The position numbers and the translations under genes are program-made. Shown one piece after another: positions 10,701 to 19,899 of a stretch of 64,000 nucleotides of DNA. Each line of letters opens with the position of its first letter. The first letter of the stretch is position 1. The notes under the pieces are model-generated. The model searched no databases. It was not told the origin of the DNA and worked only from the letters and a program-made list of their open reading frames with translations. Origin of the DNA: an uncultured virus (IMG/VR IMGVR_UViG_3300044998_001320) (Duplodnaviria; Heunggongvirae; Uroviricota; Caudoviricetes); IMG/VR virus record IMGVR_UViG_3300044998_001320; one strand, 5' to 3'.

Positions 10701-10757
10701 CCCAGGCGCTCCTGGGGGTGGGCCATATTCGCGAATTGCGCCGTTGATTGAAGTCAT
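7710..10757 (-). CDS. Contractile tail sheath protein with repeated inserted domains
   Basis: PGIKVRE, AAFFLGVLKRGP N-terminal motifs; VIWGVRA, FLHIRR, VRWVPAGVLEQL C-terminal motifs; four GxGTNF-type repeats. Confidence 0.92.
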   Translation of the reverse strand: MTSINGAIREYGPPPGAPGIKVREVPGVSPLADANYGAAFFLGVLKRGPEGVAVPVSSKREYNNLFGDPNDERWHLFDDGAHQMPDAIDGYFRASAGRGTLWVARLPLERKSRPAKLILKNRLGGDALEITAANGGRWGGAGNEIPRTPVIVATTRTFTLFAPGVESNEFDGADAQFTSAPGRLYRIVGNTAANPTTGEVIFTVAAQYNLLTDGISGPTILTGTASYNRYTTITGTVAFPLQRTLTGTVTIVGNVVAGAGTNFVNDLVVGQNLYWNGEARRIESITSNTTATIAEAFSQDAPSGTTVSTDNLEVTGTGTNFTTDLSVGDTVYYSSPTGDRQGRKIAAITSNTKLTLVSGFSTELTAGSQLTTDSTTVSGTGTNFLTECQVGQWIVDPNRRSGSVKIVSITSATSLKVERPFADSFTNASITKQNQFASVTLASENKTGLEVKVGQGLRNPAENFSLEVFFNGSKVLQIDDASLDPTSPVFVDEIVEAQNIGYRTDGGNYPQWIRARSLWESDYTTSPGMDVRPANGSGRIVAIEANKAWVYGQLDYNALKRGTGRGGRFYPNPYSLPRQHFSAFDTVAQADLTGTISSSGTTVNGVGTLFTSELTKGDYLYDPRSQTARKVRLIQSDTLLYLEKAFAVNLPALTKGARAGLIILNPGADLSLYSQVGNHFIASYTEQLRRGYDGDLANTIPYHWIQFLEADGNEVGGNFIERAVWGQNLGLVRIACPGISDVSVQKAGADYAAARAFEYRVEVPLSYNSAPMAENFINEELGRSDFVSAAFPSYCYVANPFGAGKRLVTLSGLVMGKESYKASVVQGYHDPAAGVNEILPGVLSLPFKAYPEDEAVINVAGLQTIKMLQGNAVIWGVRAPSINQLWDFLHIRRTQSNYIRIFLEARSLFEVLFRTNSPRLQQVILMKLDAFFANEYRKGAINNNLTFQQAVFMDSSAPTQNVVNDQAAVQAIVRIIQGKLDIDVRWVPAGVLEQLSINLGPDVLSADFGSVMGRN

Positions 10758-10842
10758 ATCTTAGGAATGGGTAAAAATAAAAAGGAGCCAGGTGGCCCCT
10801 TTCGGATGGTTTTGGGTTGTTTTGAGTGAGACTGACTAAGCG

Positions 10843-11262
10843 TTAGCTAGCGGCGGCTAGCGCAGGACGAACTTCATGCCCGCCATTGGTGTAACCCTGC
10901 TCACGGATCAGGCACACCCGCTCGTGGATAGCGCGCTGCCCTCCCGACATTGCGAACCGAGTGTTAGGCAATCCCAGTGTAAGCTCCAGTTCGTCAAGCT
11001 CGTCATGGGTAAAGTTGTCGAGGGGTTCCGACTCGTCGGATAGCACAGCCCCCGTCATGTTGAGCTTTTGCTCGTAGGGGAGGGTCTTCAGAAAGGCTTG
11101 AATCGCTGCTAGTTCGCGCTCGTCCACCCATCGGGGGCGGGTTGTGATATGCAGCTCGTCAGCCCTTCCTTCGATCGGGATTTGGAGGGGTTCATGGCGT
11201 CCCCCCAGGTAAACTTGAAATTTCACGGCTCTGTTACCCAAAACGCAGAGAGGGGCGATCAC
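10843..11262 (-). CDS. Hypothetical protein
   Basis: Non-overlapping ORF on the coding strand; start uncertain. Confidence 0.5.
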   Translation of the reverse strand: MIAPLCVLGNRAVKFQVYLGGRHEPLQIPIEGRADELHITTRPRWVDERELAAIQAFLKTLPYEQKLNMTGAVLSDESEPLDNFTHDELDELELTLGLPNTRFAMSGGQRAIHERVCLIREQGYTNGGHEVRPALAAAS

Positions 11263-11311
11263 ATGACGCGATCACCCCTCTCGGGAAGTTGTCTTTAAAT
11301 TATGCCCTGAC

Positions 11312-11349
11312 TCACCATGATTTGCAAATCAGTTTACAAATCATGGTGA
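11312..11349. promoter_or_regulatory. 13-bp-arm inverted repeat at the end of thyX (terminator or operator)
   Basis: TCACCATGATTTG-N12-CAAATCATGGTGA. Confidence 0.5.
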
Positions 11350-12075
11350 CAGTCGCGCCTTACCCCACCGATTGGCTTCGTACCAATCTGCCAAGGACGG
11401 CATCCAGTCGGCAAAGCAATCGAAGGCCCGCTGACAAAGATCCTGAATCTCTAGTTGCGCGTCGGCCTTAGCCCGCAAATCGAGGATGTGCATCAGCGAT
11501 CGGGCATTGCAACTGAGCACAAAATGTTGACGCACATCGAAGGGAATCACCCCCCGCGCCTGCTCTTCCGACACCCCCTCACGAAGGCGCTGAGCATAGC
11601 GCTCTGCCCCCGCTTTGCAGTGAGCCAAGTCCTCCAATCGCTGCCCTGGAGAGTAGTCATATTTTTTGCCCTGGCGATCGCGGTATTGACCCGGCGGGCG
11701 CAAATAGAAAACCTCCTCAGGTTCTCGCTCCCCCTCGGCCACCTGGAGGATCCGTTGCCCCGTGTAGCGCCCGGACTGAACTGCGAACGAGACCCCTACC
11801 CGATGAGTGCGCAATTGTTGCATTGTCGAATGGGGGTAGCCGATGATATTTAGGGAGATTTGTGGGTGTTCAAGAATTCCGTAATGCCCGCGATTTCCTA
11901 ACAGCAAATGCTTGACAATTAGCCATCCCGCATTCTGTTCATTAGGCGTTTTTCTTAAATCGTCAACGACGGCATTCTCTGCATAGCACTGGTGCATTGC
12001 AAGCCAGCAAAGCTGTTGAGGGTTTGGCGTTCGGCGTAGCACCTCGACCCGAAAATATGGGTCACAAATCTTCAT
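11341..12075 (-). CDS. thyX: FAD-dependent thymidylate synthase
   Basis: GHYGILEH, QQLRTHRVGVSFAVQSGRY, EEQARG, NARSLMHILDLR, AQLEI. Confidence 0.95.
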   Translation of the reverse strand: MKICDPYFRVEVLRRTPNPQQLCWLAMHQCYAENAVVDDLRKTPNEQNAGWLIVKHLLLGNRGHYGILEHPQISLNIIGYPHSTMQQLRTHRVGVSFAVQSGRYTGQRILQVAEGEREPEEVFYLRPPGQYRDRQGKKYDYSPGQRLEDLAHCKAGAERYAQRLREGVSEEQARGVIPFDVRQHFVLSCNARSLMHILDLRAKADAQLEIQDLCQRAFDCFADWMPSLADWYEANRWGKARLSP

Positions 12076-12379
12076 CTTGCTCACCGATTCCATACTTCCT
12101 GAAAAATCCTCGTTGATAAGCAGCGCTGTCTGCGATTTCCTCTAGGAGGTACTCAATCCAGTCGATTGAAGTTTCAACGGTAAGCGGTTGTCCATAGACT
12201 GCCAACCCCTTGGCTTGCTGGCGGCGGATAATAGAGATCGCCTTCCAGCGGGCCAACTCAGCCCCGTAAATGTGGTAGCAGAACATTAGCAACACATCCA
12301 GCAAATCGGGCAGTGCGCTATCAGGAATTGGGCGCTCCGCCGCGTCTTTGATTAGTTCATCGTGAAAAGATTCACTCAC
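12062..12379 (-). CDS. Small phage protein, possible MazG-like all-alpha pyrophosphatase
   Basis: KGLAVYGQPL...WIEYLLEEIADSAAY (EExxD); lies in the nucleotide-metabolism cluster. Confidence 0.45.
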   Translation of the reverse strand: MSESFHDELIKDAAERPIPDSALPDLLDVLLMFCYHIYGAELARWKAISIIRRQQAKGLAVYGQPLTVETSIDWIEYLLEEIADSAAYQRGFFRKYGIGEQDEDL

Positions 12380-12836
12380 TTGAGCTGCCCTCCATAAGGA
12401 GCCGGGCTAAGGGGTGTGCCCGTAATTGGAACCCCTGTGCTCTATAGATTTCGGCTCGATTGTTTAGATCGCGTTTCATCGACTCGAGCGACTCGACGGT
12501 GATCGAGTAAAGCCGTTTTCGATCGCCCGTGCCTAGCCGTTTCGATTGGGTCTTGTAGCCTCTAGCTGCAAGGATTTGTCCGAAAATGGCTTGTCTTGCC
12601 ATCGATCGGTGGGGAGTAAATCCGAATACGATGCGGGCTTTCTGTGGGTTTTGCCGCACGCGATCGACAAACGTTTTTATGGGCGAGTCCTTATCTGCAT
12701 CCCAGCCCGGGTTCTCGATCGCCCATGCGAGCGCGTCCCAAAAGCCAAGGGATTCAGCCCCCTTTAGCCTTAGCTGTCTGGCAGCGAGATCTTGCTTGGA
12801 ACCGACCTGAGCGTAACCGACTAATTTCATATTCAA
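12372..12836 (-). CDS. Hypothetical protein, possibly DNA-binding
   Basis: In-operon ORF; basic C-terminal GYKTQSKRLGTGDRKRLYSI. Confidence 0.55.
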   Translation of the reverse strand: MNMKLVGYAQVGSKQDLAARQLRLKGAESLGFWDALAWAIENPGWDADKDSPIKTFVDRVRQNPQKARIVFGFTPHRSMARQAIFGQILAARGYKTQSKRLGTGDRKRLYSITVESLESMKRDLNNRAEIYRAQGFQLRAHPLARLLMEGSSSE

Positions 12837-12878
12837 ATCCTTGCACCTTGCACTCTGTTGACTCGATGAGGATCGTAG

Positions 12879-13406
12879 CTACCCCTTGCTAGCAGCCGCG
12901 CCCCGATCCTGATTGTACCGCCCTGTCGTTCGATAGCAAGACAAGGGACGATCAACCGCGTGAAAAACGATTTGCCCAATCTTCAGTCCGGGATAGAGGG
13001 GGAGTGCGTGGTATTGACTGAAGTTCTTTAGCTCCACCGTCAACGCGGATCCATTCCACCCTGGATCGCACCACCCCGCCAAGGCGTTTTCGTATCCTTC
13101 CCTGGCACGGCTCGACTTAAGTAAAAACTGCCCTGTAATTGAAGGGGGAAAATGGAAGATCTCGATCGTGTGGCCTAACACCAAAGCCCCCGGTGGTAGC
13201 CACCAGGGGTTGTCTTTAGAGAAATCTTCAAGGCTGATAAGATTCCAGCGATCAGAGGAATTGTACGAGCTACCGTCAGGATTTTCCACCAAAAGATCGA
13301 CCCCCAATCGAACGTCTAGTGACGCGGGATTGACCAGCTCTGGCAGTCCATTTTCCACGACTCCATCTAACAGTAACCCGCGAATCTGATAGTCAACTAA
13401 TGGCAT
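12879..13406 (-). CDS. dcd: dCTP deaminase
   Basis: VNPASLDVRLG, KSSRAREG, AGWCDPGWNG, LTVEL, KIGQIVF. Confidence 0.92.
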   Translation of the reverse strand: MPLVDYQIRGLLLDGVVENGLPELVNPASLDVRLGVDLLVENPDGSSYNSSDRWNLISLEDFSKDNPWWLPPGALVLGHTIEIFHFPPSITGQFLLKSSRAREGYENALAGWCDPGWNGSALTVELKNFSQYHALPLYPGLKIGQIVFHAVDRPLSCYRTTGRYNQDRGAAASKG

Positions 13407-13408
13407 AC

Positions 13409-13567
13409 TTAATCCTCAAAATCGAAGCCACTAACAGCAGCGGCGGTAGCTTCTAAATCTATCAACAATTGGCGCAAGGTTTCAGCGGCGGCGCTAGCTT
13501 CGTCAAAATCTATGGCAACTATTCCTAAACAAAGAATCGCCAGTTGCAACGCATCATTGATTGGCAT
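13409..13567 (-). CDS. Small hypothetical protein (52 aa)
   Basis: Hand-translated MPINDALQLAILCLG...GFDFED; stop lies 2 bp before the dcd start. Confidence 0.45.
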   Translation of the reverse strand: MPINDALQLAILCLGIVAIDFDEASAAAETLRQLLIDLEATAAAVSGFDFED

Positions 13568-13628
13568 CGTTTATGTCCATGTAGCATTGGTTACTCCCGG
13601 ATTTCTGTCCTTGCGATAGGGTTTCAAA

Positions 13629-14219
13629 CTACTTGCATCGCCCAGTCAAAGGGGTCTTGCACAAATCTAGATAGACAAAGACGGCCTTGCCGCCTTGCGC
13701 TGCTAAACTCAGGGCTTGGCGACGCTGACCTGACTCCAGCCAACCAAAATATTTAGGCGATCGCAAAAAACGGATTAACGCCCGCCCGTCAGGAGGGCAA
13801 TGTTCACCTTCGCGAGGCTTCAATTGGCGCGCTCTCCAGCGAGTAGCCGCAACCCGGCACATCAGCGCCTCTGGTGGGTGAGTAAACCGTGGGTCGCTAA
13901 TTTCCCTAGCTGTGTCTATAGCGACAGATAGGGTACAAGCTCGGTCTCCCCATTCCTGAAGAAGCCTCTTGGTTTGCCATTCTGTCCAGCGGGGGCGTTT
14001 TCGTAAGGCCCCACTTTTTGCCAGTGTTTCGTAGCGACTGTCGATTTGTCTCTTTGTGCGATTCCTCAAGAATCCGCAGTCGTGAGCCAAGGTAGCTAAT
14101 TCACAACCTGCGTTTTTGGCCTCCCAAGATAGGTAGTAAATAATCCGGTCTTCTGTTGGTTTCCACTTTACATCCATACTTGGATCCTCTCGGTCAAGTT
14201 GATAATAACTATTAAACAA
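13629..14219 (-). CDS. Putative DNA-binding protein with Myb-like repeats
   Basis: WKPTEDRII...RTKRQIDSR and WTEWQTKRL. Confidence 0.5.
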   Translation of the reverse strand: MFNSYYQLDREDPSMDVKWKPTEDRIIYYLSWEAKNAGCELATLAHDCGFLRNRTKRQIDSRYETLAKSGALRKRPRWTEWQTKRLLQEWGDRACTLSVAIDTAREISDPRFTHPPEALMCRVAATRWRARQLKPREGEHCPPDGRALIRFLRSPKYFGWLESGQRRQALSLAAQGGKAVFVYLDLCKTPLTGRCK

Positions 14220-14439
14220 AGTCGTTATCGTCTAACAACTTACCCCGATCAATCCCCCACTGATGAGCGATCAGCTTTCGCCACGTTGCTTCACTGGTCT
14301 TGAAGTGACGAAAGATCATCTTTGAAAACTCGCGCAACTGGTCGAGTGTCATTCGATCAATCAAGTAATTTGTTTTAGAGATTTCCAATTCTGCTTCTAA
14401 GGACAGGGGATTGTCGGTTAATTCCTCTTCCATCACCAT
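14212..14439 (-). CDS. nblA: Phycobilisome degradation protein NblA
   Basis: LSLEAEL...RMTLDQLREF...EATWRKLIAHQWGI aligns without gaps to the NblA pattern LSLEQQF...MSxDQAKDF...EATYQELLKHQWG; GGAGAG RBS. Confidence 0.82.
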   Translation of the reverse strand: MVMEEELTDNPLSLEAELEISKTNYLIDRMTLDQLREFSKMIFRHFKTSEATWRKLIAHQWGIDRGKLLDDNDFV

Positions 14440-14462
14440 ATCTCTCCAAGAGAAAAGATTGT

Positions 14463-14702
14463 TTAAGTTTCCAGGTCAGTATGACGTATTATTTGCACAA
14501 GTTCATGAACTAATCGAATCCCTTTGTTGTTGGAGGGGTTGCATGTTTCCGCATCAATTTTAGCAAGAACACGCTCAATTTCGCGCAAATTTCTTAGAGC
14601 TATTGACAGGTTGAATCGTAGACGGGCGATTTCTTGGTCGCGATCACGTAGTGCGCTTTGCACTTCAGGGTCTAGAAACACTGGGTTAACTTGATAGGGC
14701 AT
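14463..14702 (-). CDS. Hypothetical coiled-coil protein
   Basis: In-operon ORF overlapping the dnaG stop. Confidence 0.5.
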   Translation of the reverse strand: MPYQVNPVFLDPEVQSALRDRDQEIARLRFNLSIALRNLREIERVLAKIDAETCNPSNNKGIRLVHELVQIIRHTDLET

Positions 14703-16677
14703 CTCCTTGATAAACCTCCCTGATCTTTGCCCAAAATAAAATTTGTTCTTTGTTCAAATAGGACAACACAAGCTCGTTTTGTTCTTTGGATTTAAAGAGT
14801 TCATCCCAGGTTTTCAACAAAGGAAATAGGTCGGACACCTGAAAATCAGGGTGCTTACTGACATGATCCATTCCTTGTCTTAAATATGAAATAAACTCCT
14901 CAAGATTCTCATCCTCGGGCATTTTTGTCGCTGATTGCTCATGTTTTTCTGCCAGATCAATCGCTTCTATTTGTTTCTGAAGATCGCGACGCTCTTGGAT
15001 TTTTCTTAGCACTTCCCATGCCTGAAAAATCGTGGTAGCAGGGTCACTTAGGGACATCTGATCAAACGCCGATGGGAATGCCAGCGAATCAATGATCGCC
15101 GCCGGCAACCCCTCGATTTCTCCAATATCTGCTAGCCCCACGCCATCCCAAATCGCGTTCCACAGCATTGGCCAGTAGCAGTCCCAGCCGTTAATAGCCA
15201 GTTCTGCTTTCACCCGTAGATCCCAATCAATGGACGATGATTGATGCAGTAATATCCGAGCGATCGCCAGCTCTGCCGATTCCCCAGGGCGGAATACCAT
15301 CACCTCAGTAGAGCTGGGCGCACTTTTCTTGGGGCGGGGCGATGATCTTCGCTGGCTCCGCGCTTCATCAATGATCGCGCGACGGGCCTCGTCGTCGCCT
15401 GGTGCAAAGTAGCTGGCCATCTGACGCAGCCGTTCTAACCGCATTGCCGGGGCGGTGATCTGCGAGAGGAGAGTTGTTAAATCTTCACGAATCTGGGCGC
15501 GTGCCTCGATCGGTGTTGCGTTGTGTCGAGAGGCATCCAAGGCAATCAGCCAGGTCAGGTAATCCGGCGCTTCCACAAGTCCTTGGGTGATCACTGCTGG
15601 CCCGTGAGATCGGATTGCCTCGTCAGGATCCTTGCAATCCTCAGGTAACTCTAGCACGCGCAACGGTAGTCGCCCTGACAAAATCAACGATCGCATGGGA
15701 GGATCCTCGGATAAGCGGCGCGCTGCCCGCGTCCCTGCTTTGTCACGATCTAAGATCAGCACCAGAGGAGCCAGCCGTGCCAGCCGTGTCGCCAAGTCTG
15801 CCGACAGGTTCACGCCCATCACCGCCCCCGCTGGAATGCCCGCCTCGTTCAGGGCGATCGCATCGAAGTATCCCTCAACTATCGACAGAGATCGCCCTTG
15901 CTTCAGCAGCGGTCGAGCGTGATGCAACCCATAGAGCGTCAGGGTTTTGCGCCAGATACTGGTCTCGCGAGTGTTTAGGTACTTAGGCTCCCGATCATCC
16001 AGTACCCGCCCCGCCAGGGCGATCGCCCGCCCCCGATCGTCAAAGATCGGAATCACCAGCCGTTGCCACAGAAAATCTACGAATTCCCCCTGCTTGTTCG
16101 TTGCCAAGCCCGCCGCCTGGATCTCATCGGGGCCATACCCCGCCTTCAGGAGGTGTGAAACCAGTCCACCCCCCGCCCAGCCTAGTTGATACTTGTCAGC
16201 GATTTCCCGTTGTCTTATCCCTCGCCGCTTCAAATGCTCCCGTGCAGGTTGTCCGTCCGGCGTATAGAGCATTTGGCGGTAAAAGTCCACCGCCATAGCC
16301 ATCAGTGACCGTAGTCGATCCTGGGACTCTCGCTTAGCTTTTTGCGCCGCCCAGTCGGATCCACCCTTGGAGGTTCGCTCGATTACAACGCTGTACCGCT
16401 CCGCCAACTCCTCGACTACTTCACCGAAAGACCGCCCGCTCAACTCCATCAAAAAATTGATCGCATCCCCATGCGCCCCACAAGCAAAACAGTGATAAAA
16501 TCCTTTGTCTGGGCTAACTGTTAAACTTGGCCTTGTGTCTTGGTGGAATGGGCACAATCCCTGAAGATCCTTTCCGACCTTTTTGAGATGGATCTCGCGA
16601 CCAATAACTTCACCAATGTCAATCCGCCTCTTAAGCTCATCGATGGTGGATCGTGATATTCCTTGACTAATACTCAT
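14686..16677 (-). CDS. dnaG: DNA primase
   Basis: CPFH...HCFACG zinc finger, PKYLNT, TOPRIM IVEGYFD and DRDKAG, KDPDE. Confidence 0.95.
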   Translation of the reverse strand: MSISQGISRSTIDELKRRIDIGEVIGREIHLKKVGKDLQGLCPFHQDTRPSLTVSPDKGFYHCFACGAHGDAINFLMELSGRSFGEVVEELAERYSVVIERTSKGGSDWAAQKAKRESQDRLRSLMAMAVDFYRQMLYTPDGQPAREHLKRRGIRQREIADKYQLGWAGGGLVSHLLKAGYGPDEIQAAGLATNKQGEFVDFLWQRLVIPIFDDRGRAIALAGRVLDDREPKYLNTRETSIWRKTLTLYGLHHARPLLKQGRSLSIVEGYFDAIALNEAGIPAGAVMGVNLSADLATRLARLAPLVLILDRDKAGTRAARRLSEDPPMRSLILSGRLPLRVLELPEDCKDPDEAIRSHGPAVITQGLVEAPDYLTWLIALDASRHNATPIEARAQIREDLTTLLSQITAPAMRLERLRQMASYFAPGDDEARRAIIDEARSQRRSSPRPKKSAPSSTEVMVFRPGESAELAIARILLHQSSSIDWDLRVKAELAINGWDCYWPMLWNAIWDGVGLADIGEIEGLPAAIIDSLAFPSAFDQMSLSDPATTIFQAWEVLRKIQERRDLQKQIEAIDLAEKHEQSATKMPEDENLEEFISYLRQGMDHVSKHPDFQVSDLFPLLKTWDELFKSKEQNELVLSYLNKEQILFWAKIREVYQGDALSS

Positions 16678-18145
16678 CGTACCCCCCTTGCTCTTGTCCA
16701 TAGGCGCGGTTGTGGAAAGTTGAGGTTTCGTATTGGTAGAGAACTGGGAAGATTCCTGTACCGGTGCGTCGTCCCTTGAGCAGCAATATTTCAGCTTCCG
16801 CCAGCCGGTTTGATCGTTTCAATTCCGCCTCAAGGCTGATATCGAAATAGGCGGGGCGATGCAAGGCAAGCAAGTAACCAGCCGTCTCAGCAATTGCACT
16901 GGAATCCTTGATGTCGTTTTTAGTTGGACGCTTGTCATTTCTGTTCTCGATCGCTTTCCCTGTGACCTGAGAGAGGCAAAAGAAATTCACCCGCAATTCA
17001 AGGGCCAGGTTTGACAGGCGGATCATAGCTCCGCTGATTTCGTTGGCTGTGTTCACAGACCCACCATAGGAGGCCATCCGTTGCACGTAGTCGACATAGA
17101 ACGCCCCACCTTTTTGAGCGTGATTCAGAGACCAACGCCGTAGGATCGCCTCTAAGTGCGACGCTGACAGTCCATGGGCGTCCTGGATGTAGATCGGCAG
17201 GTTCGCCAGTTGAGACCGCGCCTCAATTAAAGCCTGTTGTTGTTGTTGGGACAGGGCCGCGCGCCCTGCATTTGACAGAAATGCCTTGACCGGCAGGTTT
17301 GCCAGCTTGGAGACCAATTGCTCTTCTAGTTGGTCTTTGGTCTGTTCGTAGGTAAAAAGGGCGACCGGGATTCCCTTCTCGGCTTGACTTAGCACCATGT
17401 CTAGAGCAAAGGACGTTTTCCCCATCGAGGTCATCCCTGCGATCACGGTGGTAAAGCCCAGCTCAAAGCCCCCGCCTAGATGCCGGTCAAGATCGGTAAA
17501 GCCCGATGGGATAAGGATCTTGCCGTCACCCTCGTTAAGGTAAGACTCGTAATCCGCCTCAGCCCTTACCCCAAGCTCGGCGACGTGCACTAGATCCTCC
17601 CCTCTTTGTGAGTAAGTGAGGGAAAACAAGGACTGGGAAACGCGAGTGTTCCGCTCTTCAGCGGTTAGAGACCGATCGCGACACAATCGCCTGAGATCTT
17701 CAAGGGTTTTGTCAATATGTCGGGCGATCGCAAATTCCAAAATCTGGTCAGCGATTCCGGATAAATTCGTAGCCGCGTAGCCGGAGTTGTAAATTCCCAG
17801 GATCCAGTCCTTGCCGCCGTAGCGCTTGTACCGATCGGGGTCAATGCCTGCGAGGTAAGAGGCTAATAGCTTAGCGTCAAGGGACTGACCTGATCGGTGT
17901 AGGAAGGACATCCCCTCAAAGAGCCACTGACAAGACGGCTCTACAAAACACCTCTCGGGGGGGTCTGTAAACGACTCAGGGCGGCTGCCTGACTCCAGAA
18001 CACCCAATACTTCGGCGAACTGATCAGGATAAGCCAGTAGCGCCCCGAGCAAGGATCGTTCCAGGTCAGGATCTCCGATTATTGAGGAGGGGATCTCAGT
18101 GATGGACAGGGGTGGAGATGGGGAGGAAGCGCGGGCAAAGGTCAT
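16667..18145 (-). CDS. dnaB: Replicative DNA helicase
   Basis: ERSLLGALL, SGFTDLD, Walker A AGMTSMGKT, VDYVQ, LSQ, KRP...KDSSAI, KGRRTGTG. Confidence 0.92.
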   Translation of the reverse strand: MTFARASSPSPPLSITEIPSSIIGDPDLERSLLGALLAYPDQFAEVLGVLESGSRPESFTDPPERCFVEPSCQWLFEGMSFLHRSGQSLDAKLLASYLAGIDPDRYKRYGGKDWILGIYNSGYAATNLSGIADQILEFAIARHIDKTLEDLRRLCRDRSLTAEERNTRVSQSLFSLTYSQRGEDLVHVAELGVRAEADYESYLNEGDGKILIPSGFTDLDRHLGGGFELGFTTVIAGMTSMGKTSFALDMVLSQAEKGIPVALFTYEQTKDQLEEQLVSKLANLPVKAFLSNAGRAALSQQQQQALIEARSQLANLPIYIQDAHGLSASHLEAILRRWSLNHAQKGGAFYVDYVQRMASYGGSVNTANEISGAMIRLSNLALELRVNFFCLSQVTGKAIENRNDKRPTKNDIKDSSAIAETAGYLLALHRPAYFDISLEAELKRSNRLAEAEILLLKGRRTGTGIFPVLYQYETSTFHNRAYGQEQGGYDEY

Positions 18146-18166
18146 CTTATTGACTCACTAAAAAGG

Positions 18167-19429
18167 CTAGAGGTATGGGGTCGGATCAAATCCCGGTTTG
18201 TGTCGAATCCCCTTATCAAGGGGTTCACCCGGTTTACGAATCAGAGTGTCTGGCACTGGAAGGCCTGAGCGCCTCGCTTGATCTTGTCGCCGCAGCCTCG
18301 ATTGTGCCCAGTCTTGCCAGGGGTGATCTGGGGGGATGTCGCGCCACCGAGATCGAATTTCCTCGTCGGACAGCGCCCTTGCCTCTTCGCTGGTGAGGGA
18401 GGGCTTGGGGTAAGGTGATGGCGGAGGTTGCCTGTCCCCTGGATGTACCTCCCCCCCGGAGGATCTTGCTCTCTGCAGTGAGATGGCTTCGCGAATCGCG
18501 GTCAAACGATTCAGCCCGTTCTCAAAATCGGCTTCGTTGAAAGACTTGAGAAACATGCAGGCGCGGCGCAGCCAGTTTCTTGCATCCCCCGGTTGAGCGT
18601 TGCTCCCCTGGGAAGTTGACCGCAGGTGCTTCAGCGCTTCATTGACCGCTTCGTCTGTGAATTCACCTGGATCGCAACTCTTGGGGGCAAATAATTCGCC
18701 AAACCCGAGGGCATAGGCCTCTCGCCAGTAATAGCTCGGGTGATTCCAGCGTACGTAGTCCACGATCTTGGCTCGCTCGATCGCCCCTGCGTCTCGCCAC
18801 TGGGCTGGACTGACCGGCAGGGTGATCGAGGGTTGGGTGACGGTGGGTCGCTCCATGACCGCTACCGCTGGACTGGGATGACAAAGCTGCGGTGCGGTAA
18901 CTGTGTCCACAGGTACAGAGGCAGGAGTCGAGGATTTGACCACAGCAGCGGCGCGGATTGGGCGACAGCTCCGCTGCTCACCCTTGAGTGGACGCTGCGA
19001 TCGCTTTCTGCGCCAAACCCGCCACCCCGCGACTGTCATAGTTCTCTCTAGGGTTTCGCCCGTCGCCTTGAATCGCCCTACGGCTTCATCTAACAGCTCC
19101 AAATCAAGTTCATACCAGGTAGTCTTGAACCCGTTGTAGAAACTTGAGCCGTGGCACTTCAGAATCCCGAGTGGCTCCAAAAGGGCGCGCGCCGCGTCAA
19201 TGTGTGATCGCTTAAGGTCGTAGTCTTCCCAGGAGGGAGTTCCATGGCGTTGCGTAGTCAAAGGCATGTGGAACCTGGTTTCTCCGCGCTCTTTTGCGCG
19301 GTTTTGCCAATACCAGCACTCCGCCAGAAACAAGGCGATCGCATGAGACCCGGTCATCTTGACGAAAATGCGCTGGATCGAGAGGACGTTGCGTTGTCCC
19401 GTCAGATCAGTCGGCGACAAGTGCTTCAT
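18167..19429 (-). CDS. Phage replication initiator-like protein
   Basis: N-terminal winged-helix-like segment (VKMTGSHAIALFLAECWYW...TWYELDLELL); directly upstream of dnaB-dnaG. Confidence 0.65.
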   Translation of the reverse strand: MKHLSPTDLTGQRNVLSIQRIFVKMTGSHAIALFLAECWYWQNRAKERGETRFHMPLTTQRHGTPSWEDYDLKRSHIDAARALLEPLGILKCHGSSFYNGFKTTWYELDLELLDEAVGRFKATGETLERTMTVAGWRVWRRKRSQRPLKGEQRSCRPIRAAAVVKSSTPASVPVDTVTAPQLCHPSPAVAVMERPTVTQPSITLPVSPAQWRDAGAIERAKIVDYVRWNHPSYYWREAYALGFGELFAPKSCDPGEFTDEAVNEALKHLRSTSQGSNAQPGDARNWLRRACMFLKSFNEADFENGLNRLTAIREAISLQRARSSGGEVHPGDRQPPPSPYPKPSLTSEEARALSDEEIRSRWRDIPPDHPWQDWAQSRLRRQDQARRSGLPVPDTLIRKPGEPLDKGIRHKPGFDPTPYL

Positions 19430-19449
19430 AGCTCATCTCACTCGTCAAA

Positions 19450-19899
19450 TTAAAAAAACAAATTCAAACGCCCTGTAATTTTAGTTTTGCTTATCAACGG
19501 CAGTAAAAAACAAGCCACGCCACCGGGAACCAGTAGCGAGGCAGAGGTTTTGACAAATTCAATCTTTGTCGAGAAAAAGAGGCTGGTGGCGATTGTATCG
19601 AAGCGTCCGATCTGTTCCTGTACCAACGGGTCTAGCACGCTAGCACAAACTCGCTTATAGCGCGGTGCGTGCGATTGCCCGACAACAACCCATGCATGGT
19701 TGACCTCAATACAGGCATTGCCGGGTGGCAAGGGTTGTGCAATCTGCCCTACGCCGGCTGCCATTTCGAGGGTGTGTTGATAAGTGAGATTCGCTAGTGC
19801 CTTGGCGGTCTGCTCCGGAGTTTCTCGGTTGTCGGGGCCTGCCCAGATGAGTGGAATGGCGTGACCAGATAGAAGTCGCCGTGTGGGTTGTGTTATCAT
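19450..19899 (-). CDS. Hypothetical protein
   Basis: First ORF of the leftward replication operon; ATG 19899. Confidence 0.45.
   Translation of the reverse strand: MITQPTRRLLSGHAIPLIWAGPDNRETPEQTAKALANLTYQHTLEMAAGVGQIAQPLPPGNACIEVNHAWVVVGQSHAPRYKRVCASVLDPLVQEQIGRFDTIATSLFFSTKIEFVKTSASLLVPGGVACFLLPLISKTKITGRLNLFF

Noticed and set aside
4382..10757. Headless contractile injection system or tailocin
   Set aside because: Portal, protease, capsid, neck and replication genes are present
12372..12836. Fragment of a cyanobacterial plasmid Rep C-terminus
   Set aside because: Only a vague basic motif resemblance; not supportable without a search
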